Notes: a model not told the origin generated them from the letters alone. DNA of 64,000 bases from Eledone cirrhosa (GCA_964016885.1 OZ024748.1:52328001-52392000), one strand, 5' to 3'; positions 1-13,102 are shown, counted from the first letter of the stretch. Made by a program: numbers and translations.

Positions 1-168
1 TGCATTAAACAAAAATTTGATTGTTTTTATGTTGTATATAAATATATATATATATATAAATTTCTGAGACTCAGAGACAAGATGACAAAGGAATGCAGCA
101 AATATAGGGATGTTGTGCCGAGAAGGACCCATCCAACCCATACATGTGTGGAAAAGCAGACATAAAAA

Positions 169-330
169 TAATTGTTTCTACTTTAAGCACAAGGCCAGCA
201 ATTACCCAGTGCATTACTGGTACTTTATTTCATCGACCCCGTAAGGATGAAAGGCAAAGTCAACCTCGGCGGGATTTGAACTCAGATCGTAAAGGGACGT
301 AACTCTATGCTTCAAAGCATGGCGTCCGTA
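169..330 (-). mobile_element. SINE family B (tRNA-headed, MetaSINE-like)
   Basis: Minus strand reads B-box CTGAGTTCAAATCCC, then GCCGAGGTTGACTTTGCCTTTCATCCTTACGGGGTCGATGAAATAAAGTACCAG (Meta-domain-like), then tail GCTGGCCTTGTGCTTAAAGTAGAAACAATT. More than 10 copies in the window. Confidence 0.8.
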
Positions 331-534
331 AAAATAATGATGATGATACTCACACACACACATATATATATATATCATCATAATCATCATTTTATGGCTG
401 GAACTCGCTGTTGAAATGGTGGGAGGTCAGCTATCAGGTCCCAACTCTATAATAGAGCCATACTCTACTACCTGAAGTATCGAGTACTCTATTGAATAAT
501 GGTCTAACTAGTTGAAACTGATTCTATACTGGTA

Positions 535-565
<31 letters not shown>

Positions 566-797
566 GAAATAGGATTTTGCTTCAAGCAGAGCTTTATACA
601 AATATGTATAGAAATTTTGTATTTCTAAAGACACACAGTTTTAGGAAGCCGTAGCTATGCAAACACCGGGGCTAACGCCCTCTGTTGGTATCCAGCAGAA
701 GCAAGGGGGACAACTGTCAATGCCATTCAGGCTTAACTGGCCTACCTCAGGATGGTCTCTCCCACTGCTTGCAAATGCTGGGCTTGAGAACAGTCAA

Positions 798-1282
<485 letters not shown>

Positions 1283-1283
1283 T

Positions 1284-1503
1284 GGAGGCACATGGCTTAG
1301 TGGTTAGACTTGATATCGAAAGGTTGTGAGTTCAATTCTCAGACTGGGTGATGTGTTGTTTCCTTGAGCAAAACACTTTATTTCACATTGCTCCAGTTTA
1401 ATCACTGTAAATGAGGTTGGTGATAGGAAATCAAGCCAGAATCAATTCTCGCCCCACCTGTGCAAGCCGGGAAAAGCGGACGTAAAATGATGATGATGAT
1501 GAT
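1284..1503 (+). mobile_element. SINE family A (tRNA head + CORE + RTE-like tail), internally deleted
   Basis: A-box TGGCTTAGTGG, B-box GAGTTCAATTC, CORE-like GTTGTTTCCTTGAGCAAAACACTTT, tail GGAAAAGCGGACGTAAAATGATGATGAT. Confidence 0.85.
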
Positions 1504-1779
1504 GGTAAAATTCCCAAGATCCATGGACAAGTTCTCTCCAGCGGTCTCCGTCCTTCATCATCACCGCCATGTCCTACATCTCCCAGAGACTAGCATTTCT
1601 CGTTAGGGCATCAATATATGTCTCCCTCTTCTAGTGTGTCCATGTAAGGGCTCCCACAGGAGCACTTAATGCAGTGTTAATTCTGAATGTTGGTGAGCAT
1701 GTCCAGCTAACCTCAGTCTCTTATATATCTTGTTGGGCCTCCATTGGTTGATGATGACTGTTTGAACAATTGAAAATTT

Positions 1780-2155
1780 ATGTAGAAATGGAGATTCCAC
1801 ATAGCCTCAGTATGAGATTAGGCTGGCCCTTGGAATTACAGGTATGACACATTCTTGCCAGCTGAGTGAACTGGACCAATGGGAAACAAAGCACTGGGTA
1901 CTTTGCTTTGTAGCATGAGTTATGTCCCTTTATGTCCTGAGTTCAATTCCCACTGAGGTTAGCTTTGCCTTTCACTCTGACAGGGTCGATAAAATAAAGG
2001 GGGTCAATTTAATTTACATCCCTTACCCAAATTTGTTGGCCCTGTACCTTAATCAGAAACTGTTATGTGATATTCATCAACATAGTTTTGGGAATCAAAC
2101 TCATAGCCTTATGATTGTGATTTGAACACCCTAACCACTAAGCCATGTATCTTCA
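1780..2155 (-). mobile_element. Old CORE-type SINE with a different tail, interrupted by a family B SINE (~1893-2070, +)
   Basis: CTAACCACTAAGCCATG head at 2131-2147; CAGCTGAGTGAACTGGA core at ~1859; family B Meta-like core in between. Confidence 0.6.
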
Positions 2156-3814
2156 CATATAAATGCACACACGCATACACATACAAATGCACATACATAT
2201 ATGCTTTGTAGTTGCATTTGTACAATGTCTTTGTTGAAAATTCCCTATACTGTGTTACGCTCTACTATTTTTGCATCTTGGCAAATTTAACTAGTATTTT
2301 CTTTTACTCTTCACACATTCTCATTATCATTTCCAGACTGCCAACTCTGCTTACTATTTTGATTATGGTGCACTGCAGCCTTACTCTGCAGCCTAAATAA
2401 TTGCTTAATTTCCAAGGCTGTTCAATAAAATAGAACAGATCTTCTCTTGGCTAAGAGATGAAGAGGGGAAAAGTTGCTTTCTTTTAGGAAACTAAATCCA
2501 AACATGTGAGCAGGTCAGAGATCCCTAAACCAATTAGGTTGAGAGAAATCTATGAAAAGAATCTTTCTTCTTTTCCTCTGGGGGAAAAGAATGTTTGTAT
2601 ATTTGCAGCATATGATGTTTCCAAATGTCTCGTTGTTTGAGGAGAATGGGGTAGATGGGGGGGGGGGGTATATGTTGTATATGTTGAAGGAAATATAAGA
2701 GAGAAAAGAAGAAGAAAGAAGGGGCTGGGTGTGGGTGGGGGCAGGGATAGAAAGGGGGAAAAACAGAAATAGATAGTTCTTTCTGTCTTGAAATGATCCA
2801 ACAGCTTTCTCTTAATGAATAAAGAAAGAAAGAGAGAAAGAGAGAAAGAAAGAGTGTTTGAGAGGAAGACTGAGAGAAAATATAATAACAGATAGATCAA
2901 GTAGAGTTACTGGAAAGTAAATAGACTTTTGTTTTTGTTTGTTTGGTTGGTATTTTTCACTATTTTATTTCTCTTGTTGTTTTCTTTCGATTTTTAAATA
3001 GATTAAAACTAGGAGAAACTTAGTTAATCAAATAAACAAGTTTTCAAAGAGAGGAGATGGGGGAGAGAAAGAAGAATGTAGCTAATATAATTTTGTGCAT
3101 TTAGGAAGTGGCTATTTGGTCAAGGTACTAGCGATAAGATTTATATAATTGTGGAGATTATAGAACTGTGGAAAGATAGAAGCTAACTGTATATCATTGT
3201 GTTAAAATGACAGAACATACTTGGTTCTACCCTCACACAATTTATCATGCTAGAAATAAATAATTATTAGTTCAGTGTAGAAAGCTCAAATGTCACCAAA
3301 GTTATAATCTACAATAATTTGTAGAGAGGATAAATTTAAAAGACAAAATATAAAGCCGAATGAAAATACAATGCTGTTTCTATTCAAAACCAAGCAAGAG
3401 TGTATATAAATTAGAAAACTGATCACTAGAACAGCAGTTAAAACAGCTAAATGCTGTCAAAGACAGCGATGGGCAAAAATACCTTAGAAGACAGAGACTA
3501 GAAGCCAGTGATCAACAGAGAGAGATGAAAGAGGAGGAGGACAAGGGGATGTGTGTTGGTGCACAGAGGTGACCGGAATAAGAAAGAATAGTGATGTACA
3601 AGACAAGTTTCCACACACTCATCTTTATCCTCATCAGCTCTCAAACCAGCAAAATGTTTTATATCCCCAGCCAAATAAAGATTTTGACAAAAGTTTAATG
3701 TTTAATTAGTTTTCTGAGTTGATATTTTATTTTTTCATTGAGATGTCTTATTATTAGAGACAAATAATCTTTTGATTGATATATATATATATATTTCTAT
3801 ATATATATAAATAA

Positions 3815-3859
<45 letters not shown>

Positions 3860-3863
<4 letters not shown>

Positions 3864-4161
3864 CAGAGGTTATATTTAATTTGTTGGGATTCAACAAGCT
3901 TAAAAATGTTATAACTAATATAAAGCACTCAACAGTTGAGTGGAGCAAATATTCAATATATTAATAAATGGAAACTATATTTATAAAACCAACGAACCTC
4001 AACCGTTAAGGTTGTCTTTATGTGGGTATGTCAATATTTATTTATAAAACAAATTTGTATTTTATCTGATGAAAGCGCACCATAATTTGCCTTGGTTGCC
4101 CTTGAAATATATATAATAAAATAATTATGGTTTTATAAATATAATTTCCATTTATTAATAT

Positions 4162-4166
<5 letters not shown>
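3860..4166 (+). mobile_element. Non-autonomous PLE-like element with inverted end and hammerhead motif, in (TA)n
   Basis: Inverted segment ~3954-3991 vs ~4128-4165; homologous to 16425-16700 (-) and 61441-61630 (+); (TA)n on both sides. Confidence 0.75.
4058..4123 (+). ncRNA. Minimal type I hammerhead ribozyme motif
   Basis: Stem I TATTTTAT/ATAAAATA; core CTGATGA (4066-4072); stem II AAGCGCACCA..TGGTTGCCCTT; GAAA (4104); 2-bp stem III with palindromic ATAT loop; cleavage triplet AUA. Confidence 0.8.
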
Positions 4167-4200
<34 letters not shown>

Positions 4201-4204
<4 letters not shown>

Positions 4205-4506
4205 TCATTTCATTTTATGTCCGCTTTTTCCCTGCTTGCAAGGGTGGGATGGGAACTGATTCTGGCTTGATTTCTACAGCTGGATGCCCTTTTACAGTGA
4301 GTGCTGGGTGCTTTTTTTCCGTGGCACCTCCATGACCACTTTGCAGTGGAATGATAGGGACTGGGGTCCCTATCATCTCATTTCTACAGCTGAGTAAACT
4401 GGAGCAATGTGAAATAAAGTGTCTTGTTCAAGGAAACAACACATCACCCGGTCTGAGAATTGAACTCACAACCTTTCGATTGCAAGGCCAATGCTCTAAC
4501 CACTAA
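4201..4506 (-). mobile_element. SINE family A
   Basis: Matches the 7811-8160 copy; 5' head truncated. Confidence 0.9.
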
Positions 4507-4535
4507 AAGATACAGAGCTTAGCGTTGTTTTGAAA

Positions 4536-4787
4536 ATTAGATAGTGAAATAGAACTTCCGCTGCATTTTTGACTAAGTAAATTAGCCTAACAGTTGGAGT
4601 TATAAAAACCCCCAGATGGGAAAAAGAATAAGCATTGACATACATGGGATCAGAACTCATATCTTTGGCTATCATGACCACTGTGTTAATCATTACCCCA
4701 ATACGTCACCCACCAAATTTCTGGGCGTTTTTATAACTCCAACTATTAGACTAATTTACTTATACAATCTCTATTTCACTATCTAAT
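4536..4787. mobile_element. Fold-back element with tRNA-like spacer
   Basis: ATTAGATAGTGAAATAGA..TAAGTAAATTAGCCTAACAGTTGGAGTTATAAAAAC mirrored at ~4720-4787. Confidence 0.65.
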
Positions 4788-4853
4788 ATATATATAGGAA
4801 AAGAGTCAGGTCCCTGGTGACTGAGCTCTGGCCATTTCAACAGCTAGATCCAA

Positions 4854-4883
<30 letters not shown>

Positions 4884-4884
<1 letters not shown>

Positions 4885-5084
4885 AAAACCACAGACCCTC
4901 CATCTCAACTCACCTTTTGAAAAGCAGAAGAACTGCGAAACCGGTAAAGGAACCAAATAAATATATATATTTTTTAAAAAAATAAGACTTCAGTTGCATT
5001 TTCGATTTCATCCCTTTTTCTTTATACTTCCACTCGTGTAGGACACCTCGGTTATTTTTCATTTTGTAAAAAAAACCTCACTTT

Positions 5085-5088
<4 letters not shown>
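4884..5088 (+). mobile_element. TA-inserted element with hammerhead-like motif; second copy at ~29320-29540
   Basis: ACCCTCCATCTCAA..TTTTGAAAA..CAGTTGCATTTTC..CTTATACTT shared by both copies. Confidence 0.6.
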
Positions 5089-5167
<79 letters not shown>

Positions 5168-5806
5168 ACACTTGATACTTATAGTGGAACTACCACAGGA
5201 TTTACCAAACGACATAATTCGACCATTGAATAAAACACTACTGTAAGCAGCTTCAGTTTCTTGTTACATAATCAAGATAAGCGATTACACTAATGGAAAC
5301 TGAATAATGCTATAATTGTATGTATGTATATATATGTATATTGTGTTCTGAAGAGATTGTTTTGGTGCAAGCAGGAGAAAGCCCTCAACATTCGTAGTTT
5401 GTAGTTACAAGGGAGATTCAGTATAATGATAACATTAATATAGATGCTGATGTTATTATTATATATATAAACGTGTGTGTGTGTGTGTGTGTGTATGTGT
5501 GTATAGTGCTTGATTAGACATTAAGCAGAATAAAGTAACATACATTTATATATATATATTATTAAATTCAACAAAGACATAACACAAAGAAATAAAAGGA
5601 CATACATTTCATTCAGCAAACTCAATGAAAATGTTCTCTTTTTCATTGAAATACTTCAAGTTGAATAGATTGTGTTGGCACAATCCATTTCCTTGTATTT
5701 CTCTATGTTGTGTCTTCATTATTGTATTGAATTTAATAAGTTAAAGCTCATCACATGATCTGAGTGCTCACCATTGATATCGTTAACAAATTATTAGTAT
5801 TATATA

Positions 5807-6116
5807 TCATCATCATCATTTTATGTCCACTTTTCCCTGCTTGCAAGGGTGGGACGGGAACTGATTCTGGCTTGATTTCTACAGCTGGATGCCCTTCCTA
5901 ACACCAACCTCATTTACAGTGAGTGCTGGGTGCTTTTTTGCCATGGCACCTCCACGACCACTTTGCAGTGGAATGATAGGGACCCCAGCTGAGTAAACTG
6001 GAGCAATGTGAAATAAAGTGTCTTGCTCAAGGAAACAACACATCACCCGGTCTGAGAATTGAACTCACAACCTTTCGATTGCAAGGCCAATGCTCTAACC
6101 ACTAAGGCATGTGCCT
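5807..6116 (-). mobile_element. SINE family A
   Basis: Near-full copy with small internal deletion. Confidence 0.9.
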
Positions 6117-6337
6117 CTCTCTCTATATATATATGTATATATATCTATATATATATTGTTATACTTTGGGAGGGTCTTGTTGCCAATAAAAACTCATGCA
6201 CCTATTGGTTTTCACTTCAACCAGAAATTTATGATAAATTGAAGTGAAATTGGCAACATGACCTTCCCAAAGTATAACAATATCTGTTTCAACACACGTT
6301 TTCAGATAAGAAATTCCACAAAACAATTAAAAGAATG

Positions 6338-6377
<40 letters not shown>

Positions 6378-6954
6378 CCCATGCTAGCATGGAAGATAGA
6401 CGTTAATCGATGATGATGATGGTGGTGTTATATATATTGATGGTAATATATATTGAATGTTTATTTGGCCACCTAAATGTTAAGCTATTTTTTATTTTGT
6501 TTTATTTTGTCTTTTTGCAACAAGAAGTGTCAATACTTCAATAGGACTCTAAAATCTATTACTCACCAGGTTTAGCCTGTGGTTAAACAACGGTAATATA
6601 AATATTAATTTCTAACATAGGCACAAGGCCAATAATTTGAGGAATGGTGAAAGTGGAGAATATGTATAACCCTTGTATTCTACTAGTCCCATATTTTCTG
6701 GTCTCCAGAAGTGTGAATGGCTAATTTAATCTCAAAGTATAAAGAGCCATAGCTAAATGCTGCAAAATATTTTATCCAAATTTCTAAGGGTTCTGCCAAA
6801 ACACCACCCCCGGTAATACAAAATAAGAAAAATAAATGAATAAAGTAACAACAGCAATAATAATTTTTGAATTAGACATAAAGTGTAATTTTAAAATAGA
6901 AATAAGTTGGCATAGTTTGTTCAACCAATCCTTCTAAATTAGTTATATCAGATT

Positions 6955-7192
6955 TATGTGGTTAGAATGTCTCAGGAAAGAATCACTGGACAGATTTTAC
7001 AGGCAAAACCAGCAGGTAGGAGACCCAGGAGTAGACCCCAAGCAAGATGGTGAGGTAATATCCATGAGCTCGGATGGTCTTGCTTGGGTATCCAGCCAAA
7101 TCAATTGGAGATCGTTGCTTCTGACAGGATCTGTTGGAAGGACTTTTTGAGAGCTCTGCCCCCAATGATCCTCACAGAAGAAGAAGAAGAAG
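6955..7192 (+). mobile_element. RTE-clade LINE 3' end
   Basis: Translates VVRMSQERITGQILQAKPAGRRPRSRPQARW*..DRICWKDFLRALPP (RTE C-terminal GxRPRGRPxxRW motif); ends in (GAA)n. Confidence 0.8.
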
Positions 7193-7507
7193 TTTCATTG
7201 TATCTTATTAAAAGGAAATGAAAAGCAGATCAAGTTCATCCTAGTTTGAACTCAGAAAAATGGTAAAACTTCTCATTTAACAGTCAATCATTCCCTTCAT
7301 CTTAAACCACCGAGGAAAAAATATTTGGGCCTTCAATTTAATCCAATGTTATATATATATATGTGGCAAGTAATCCCTGTGGAAGGAAGATGCAGTGGAA
7401 GGAAGATGCAGTAGAGGAAGACCATGGAAAACATGGGTAGAGGTGGTGAGAGCTGACCTCAGATCGCTGAAGCTCACAGAGATGATGATGAAGGACTGTG
7501 ATGAAGG

Positions 7508-7667
7508 GTGTGGTAAGATACCAGGTGAACTACAACGCACCAGAGTGGGTAACAGGAAAAGAGTCAGGACTCCCAACAGCTGAGCTCCAGCTGTTTCAAC
7601 AGCTGGATCCAAACTAGCTGTCGAAACGGCCAGAGCTCAGTCGTTGGGGTCCTGACTCTTTTCCTGT
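7508..7667. mobile_element. Hairpin-plus-tail element (family with ~392-535, 4796-4855, 18790-18927, 62108-62301)
   Basis: Inverted arms 7552-7667 (ACAGGAAAAGAGTCAGGAC../..GTCCTGACTCTTTTCCTGT) preceded by the shared GTGGTAAG..AACGCAC..GAGTGGGTA segment. Confidence 0.75.
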
Positions 7668-7810
7668 ATGTAACACCAACCTCATTTACAGTGAGTGCTG
7701 GGTGCTTTTTCCATGGCGCATGTATGTATTTATGTGTGTGTGTATTCATCATTTTGTATATATATAATATATAATATATGTATATAATATATGTATATAA
7801 TATATAAATA

Positions 7811-8160
7811 GAGGCACATGGCTTAGTGGTTAGAGCATTGGCCTTGCAATCGAAAGGTTGTGAGTTCAATTCTCAGACCGGGTGATGTGTTGTTTCCTTG
7901 AGCAAGACACTTTATTTCACATTGCTCCAGTTTACTCAGCTGTAGAAATGAGGTGATAGGGACTGGGGTCCATATCATACCACTGCAAAGTGGTCGTGGA
8001 AATGCCACGGCAAAAAAGCACCCAGCACTCACTGTAAATGAGGTTGGTGTTAGGAAGGGCATCCAGCTGTAGAAATCAAGCCAGCATCAGTTCCCGTCCT
8101 ACCCTTGCAAGCAGGGAAAAAGCGGACGTAAAATGAAATGATGATGATGAAATGATGATG
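7811..8160 (+). mobile_element. SINE family A, full length (~345 bp)
   Basis: tRNA-like head with A and B boxes, CORE-like TTCCTTGAGCAAGACACTTT, GGTTGGTGTTAGGAAGGGCATCCAGCTGTAGAAA module, (ATG)n tail. Confidence 0.92.
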
Positions 8161-8467
8161 ATATTTGTCTATATATATATATATACACACATATATCTTT
8201 GGAGTTAGAGATTACTTTAAACTTCATTGTACAAAGAAGTACAAGTGACCAGCAACTATAAAAGCGTAATAATCTTCCCCAATAAAATAGGTATGATAGC
8301 TATCAAATAGCAATTTTCTAAATACATTGGCAGAGAGGAGCTTTTTCTATGGAGGAGAAAACAAACTTTGACTTGCATATGATTCAATGAAAAACTATTT
8401 TGTCTTATATCATACACACATATACACACATACAGACATACACATAAATGTATATACAAACAGATAT

Positions 8468-8514
<47 letters not shown>

Positions 8515-8618
8515 TATATATGTATATATACACACACATATATATATATATATCTGTGTGTATATATATATATATATACCGTCCAAACTCATGCTAGCGT
8601 GGAAGATGGACGTTAAAC

Positions 8619-8653
<35 letters not shown>

Positions 8654-8659
8654 GTATAT

Positions 8660-8702
<43 letters not shown>

Positions 8703-8815
8703 CATATATATATTTATACACATACATATATATATATATATATATACTCATACATATATATATATATACACATACATATATATACACATATATATATATG
8801 TATATATATATACTC

Positions 8816-8848
<33 letters not shown>

Positions 8849-9120
8849 TACATAAATATGTATATAATACGTACATATATTATATATACATATATATGCA
8901 CACCCATATTTATATATATAGTTACTACTAATGTTACAATCATCATCATCATCAGCAACAACAACAGAAGTGATATAGTTGTTGTTGTTATTGTTGCTTT
9001 GTTTACTGTCTAGTTTTCTGTTTTGAGATGTGAGTTTAACCATCGTAGCTGCCATATTCAATTTTGTATTATTTATGATGTGTTTATTGGGTTTTTGATG
9101 TGCTTTCGCCAACCTTATTT

Positions 9121-9895
9121 CCCACACCACACCATCACACCATCGCACCACACTACCACACCATCGCACCACACCATCACACCACACCACCACACCATCG
9201 CACCACACCATCGCACCCCACCATCACACCACACCATCGCACCCCACATCACACCACACCATCGCACCACACCACCACACCACCACACCACACCACACCA
9301 TCGCAGCAGACCGTAGCACCATCGCACCCCAGCACCACACCACACCATCGCAGCAGACCGTAGCACCATCGCACCCCACATCACACCACACCATCGCACC
9401 ATCACCATCGCACCAGACCATCACACCACACCACCACACCATCGCACCACACCATCACACCACACCATTGCACCATCGCACAACACCATCACACCACACC
9501 ATCGCAGCATACCATCATACCATCGCACCCCACCATCACACCACACCATCGCACCACACCACCACACCACCACACCACACCACACCATCGCAGCAGACCG
9601 TAGCACCATCGCACCCCAGCATCACTCCACACCATCGCAGCAGACCGTAGCACCATCGCACCCCACATCACACCACACCATCGCACCATCACCATCGCAC
9701 AACACCATCACACAACACCATCGCAGCAGACCGTCGCACCCCACCATCACACCACACCATCGCACCAGACCATCACACCAAACCATCGCACGACACCATC
9801 ACACTACACCACCACACCATCACACTACACCATCACACCAGACCACACCATACCAGATCACACCACACCAGGCCATACCACACCACACCAGGCCA
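9121..9895. repeat. CACCACACCATCG-based minisatellite
   Basis: Degenerate CACAC/CATCGCAC units with recurring CAGCAGACCGTAG variant. Confidence 0.9.
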
Positions 9896-9992
9896 CAGAA
9901 TGTAGTGTGCCATACCACCAGTTCTCATTCTATATATATTGGTCTGTTAGGTGGAAATGAAATCTGTAGAGCAAAGATTGATCTTTTCTTGC

Positions 9993-9993
<1 letters not shown>

Positions 9994-10090
<97 letters not shown>

Positions 10091-10630
10091 GAACGAGAGA
10101 GAATGAGAGAGAGAACGAGAACGAGAACGAGAGAGAGAACGAGAACGAGAGAGAGAGTGAGAGAGAGGGAGAGCGAGAGAGAGGGAGAGCGAGAGAGAGG
10201 GGGACAGATAGATTGAGAGAGAGACAGAAAGAGAGACAAAGAGATAGAGAGAGAGAGAAAGAGATAGAGAGAGAGAAAGAGACAGAGAGAGAAAGAGACT
10301 GAGATTGAAAGATTGAGAGAGGGGGAGAGAGATTGAGAGAGGGGGGAGAGAGATTGAGAGAGGGGGGAGAGAGATTGAGAGAGGGGGACAGAGATTGAGA
10401 GGGGAGACAGAGATTGAGAGGGGGAGATAGAGAGTGAGATTAAGAGATTGTGAGAGTTAGTGAAAGAGAGATTGTGTGAGAGAGAGGAGAGAGAAAGAGA
10501 GAGATCAAAGATGAAGAAATACAACAACAGATACGTGATATTATGAAGGTGTGATGAGGATTGGTAAGAGTGGAGGGAAGAGTGGAGGGAAGAGTATTAA
10601 TGAATGGTAGAAAAAGAAAAGAAAACGAGC

Positions 10631-10703
<73 letters not shown>

Positions 10704-11700
10704 ATAAGGTTAAAAAGAGTGAGAAAGTAAATTGTGAAAAAAGGAGAGAAGGAAAGAAAAAATGAACATTATTTGAAAGAAATATGGAAGGTGAGAATGA
10801 GAGAGAGAGAGTGAATGAGAAAGAGTGAGTGATGAGAGAGAGGGGGGAAAGAAAGACAGGAAATGAGAAAGAAAGAGTGATGAGAAAGAGAGAAAGAGAG
10901 ACAGCGTATGAGAAAGAAAGAGTGATGAGAAAGAGAGAGAAAAAGTGACAGGAATTGAGAAAGAAAGAGTGATGAGAAAGAGTAAGAAAGAGAGACAGCG
11001 AATGAGAAAGAAAGAGTGATGAGAATAATGATGACAGTGTTGAAGTGAATAAGAGAATAAATTATGGAAAGAAATTGAGAGAGAGAGAGAGTGACTGTGT
11101 GAAAGAGTATGATGGAATAGAGAGTGGGTGAAAGAGTATGATGGAATAGAGAGTGGGTAAAAGAGTGTAAGTAAAGAGTAAAGGAGTGAGAGAGAAAGAC
11201 TGTGGAAAAATGGTGTTAAGAGAGAAGGGGCAAAAGAAGAACTGGGTGAAAGACAGTGAGTGAAGGAGAGGGAAAGAGAGGGAGAAAGACAAAGTAATAG
11301 AATGTGAGTGAAGAGAGAGAGTGAGAAGACAACGAAGAGAGAGAGTGTGATCGAGAGCAAGAGAAAGACAAGGTGAAAGAATGTGAATGAAGAGAGAGAG
11401 AGCGAGAGAGTGAGAAAGACAAAGAGGAGAAAGAGAGAGTGAGAGAGAGAGCAAGAGAAAGAAAGACAAGGAGGAGAGAGAGAGTGAGAGAGAGCAATAG
11501 AAAGAAAGACAAGGAGGAGAGAGAGAGAGAGAGTGAGAGAGAGCAAGAGAAAGAAAGACAAGAAGGAGAGAGAGAGAGAGAGAGAGAGAGAGTGAGAGAG
11601 TGCAAGAGAAAGAAAGACAAGAAGGAGAGAGAGAGAGAGAGTGAGAGTGAGAGAAAGCAAGAGAAAGAAAGACGAGGTGAAAGAATGTGAGTGAAAAAGA
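9994..11700. repeat. GA-rich polypurine tract and derived minisatellites
   Basis: (GA)n, GAGAAC, GATTGAGAGAGGGG and AGAAAGAAAGACAAG units. Confidence 0.9.
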
Positions 11701-12215
11701 TTGAGAACGAATGAGGGGGTGACAGAGTAGAATAGTGTATCAGAGTATAGAAGGTGGTGGAGGTGGCAGAGGAGGTGAGAAGATGGCGGAGGAGGTGAGA
11801 AGATGGCAGAGGTGTAGGAGATGGGAAGAGGGAGAGGAGGCATGCAAAAAGCTAGTAGTCTTCATTAAGACTAAATTTAATTATTTCTATTGAGACTACA
11901 GTGACTGTCTAAAGTTGAGTAACAGCTGTAGTAATTTGTTTATCTTTACAACTTAAAATTAAGTTTAGCATCTCAGCTCAACAAGCGTAATTTGATTTCA
12001 TTGCGCCAAAGACAGCAACACAAAGTTCTATTAGCCAGTTTAAACAATCAACATCAGACAGTGAGATTCCAAACCCATCAATTTGCTCTTGGAAAAATGG
12101 TGGAGAGGGGAAATTTTATACTCTTCAGATTAACTATGATGAAAAAATGAAAAAAAAAAAAAAAATAATAATAATAATAATAAATACATATAAAAAAGAT
12201 TTTAAAAAATATTTA

Positions 12216-12304
<89 letters not shown>

Positions 12305-12805
12305 ATAAAATAATAAATAAATAAATAAATATAAAATAAACAAATAAAAACGATGATGATGATGATGACGACGACGATGATGATGATAATAATAATGATA
12401 ATCTGAGCAGTATTTTATTTTATACAGAAAAAAAAAGATAAAAAAAGCAAACAAAAATGATGACTGTGGTGATGATGATGATACAACCTGAGCAGTGTTT
12501 TATTTTATTTTATTTTGTTTTGTATTATTTTTATATTTTTTATTTTATTGGAGAGATTCTTTGCCAAACAGTTATGTCAAAAACCTTGTCAGTGAAATGA
12601 CTTGATTGACGAAAACATTAAAGACAGAAGTGAGAATTAAAATAAAAAAATAAAAGAAAGCAGAAGAAAAAAAAAGGGAGAGAGATGAAAATAGAGGAAG
12701 GTAGAAAGGTAGAAATAATGTGACTATATATATTTATATATATATATAATAAAAATAAAAGTTATGGGCGAAAGAGGGTAATATCCATCATTAGTTGTCT
12801 GCTAG

Positions 12806-12837
<32 letters not shown>

Positions 12838-12894
12838 AATCCTAATCGAGCCCTCTTCGGTTTTTGGTTTTCTTAATTATTATTACTATATTGA

Positions 12895-13102
12895 CAATAG
12901 ATCGACTTGAACTGAGGAAACAATGTTTCCGTTGGTCTTTCCAATTGCTAATACTATTTATCGGTCGCAACTCCAGGTAGGAGAGGCAACATGAAATAAA
13001 GTGTCTTGCTCCAGGACATAACACAACACTTGATCCAAGAATCGAACTCGCAACCTCACGATTGCAAATCCAATTCTCTAACTACTCAGTCACGCGCCTT
13101 CA
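12895..13102 (-). mobile_element. CORE-type SINE family C (A-like head and core, different tail)
   Basis: Tail TAGTATTAGCAATTGGAAAGACCAACGGAAACATTGTTTCCTC; related copies at ~20390-20630, 29545-30070, 37440-37620, 56575-56790. Confidence 0.75.

Noticed and set aside
7811-7885. tRNA gene
   Set aside because: tRNA-derived SINE head; continues into CORE and tail and lacks an acceptor stem.
7823-8062. Recurrent 79-aa ORF MPFLTPTSFTVSAGCFF (also 28731, 45868, 55886, 60668)
   Set aside because: Antisense reading of SINE family A, not a gene family.
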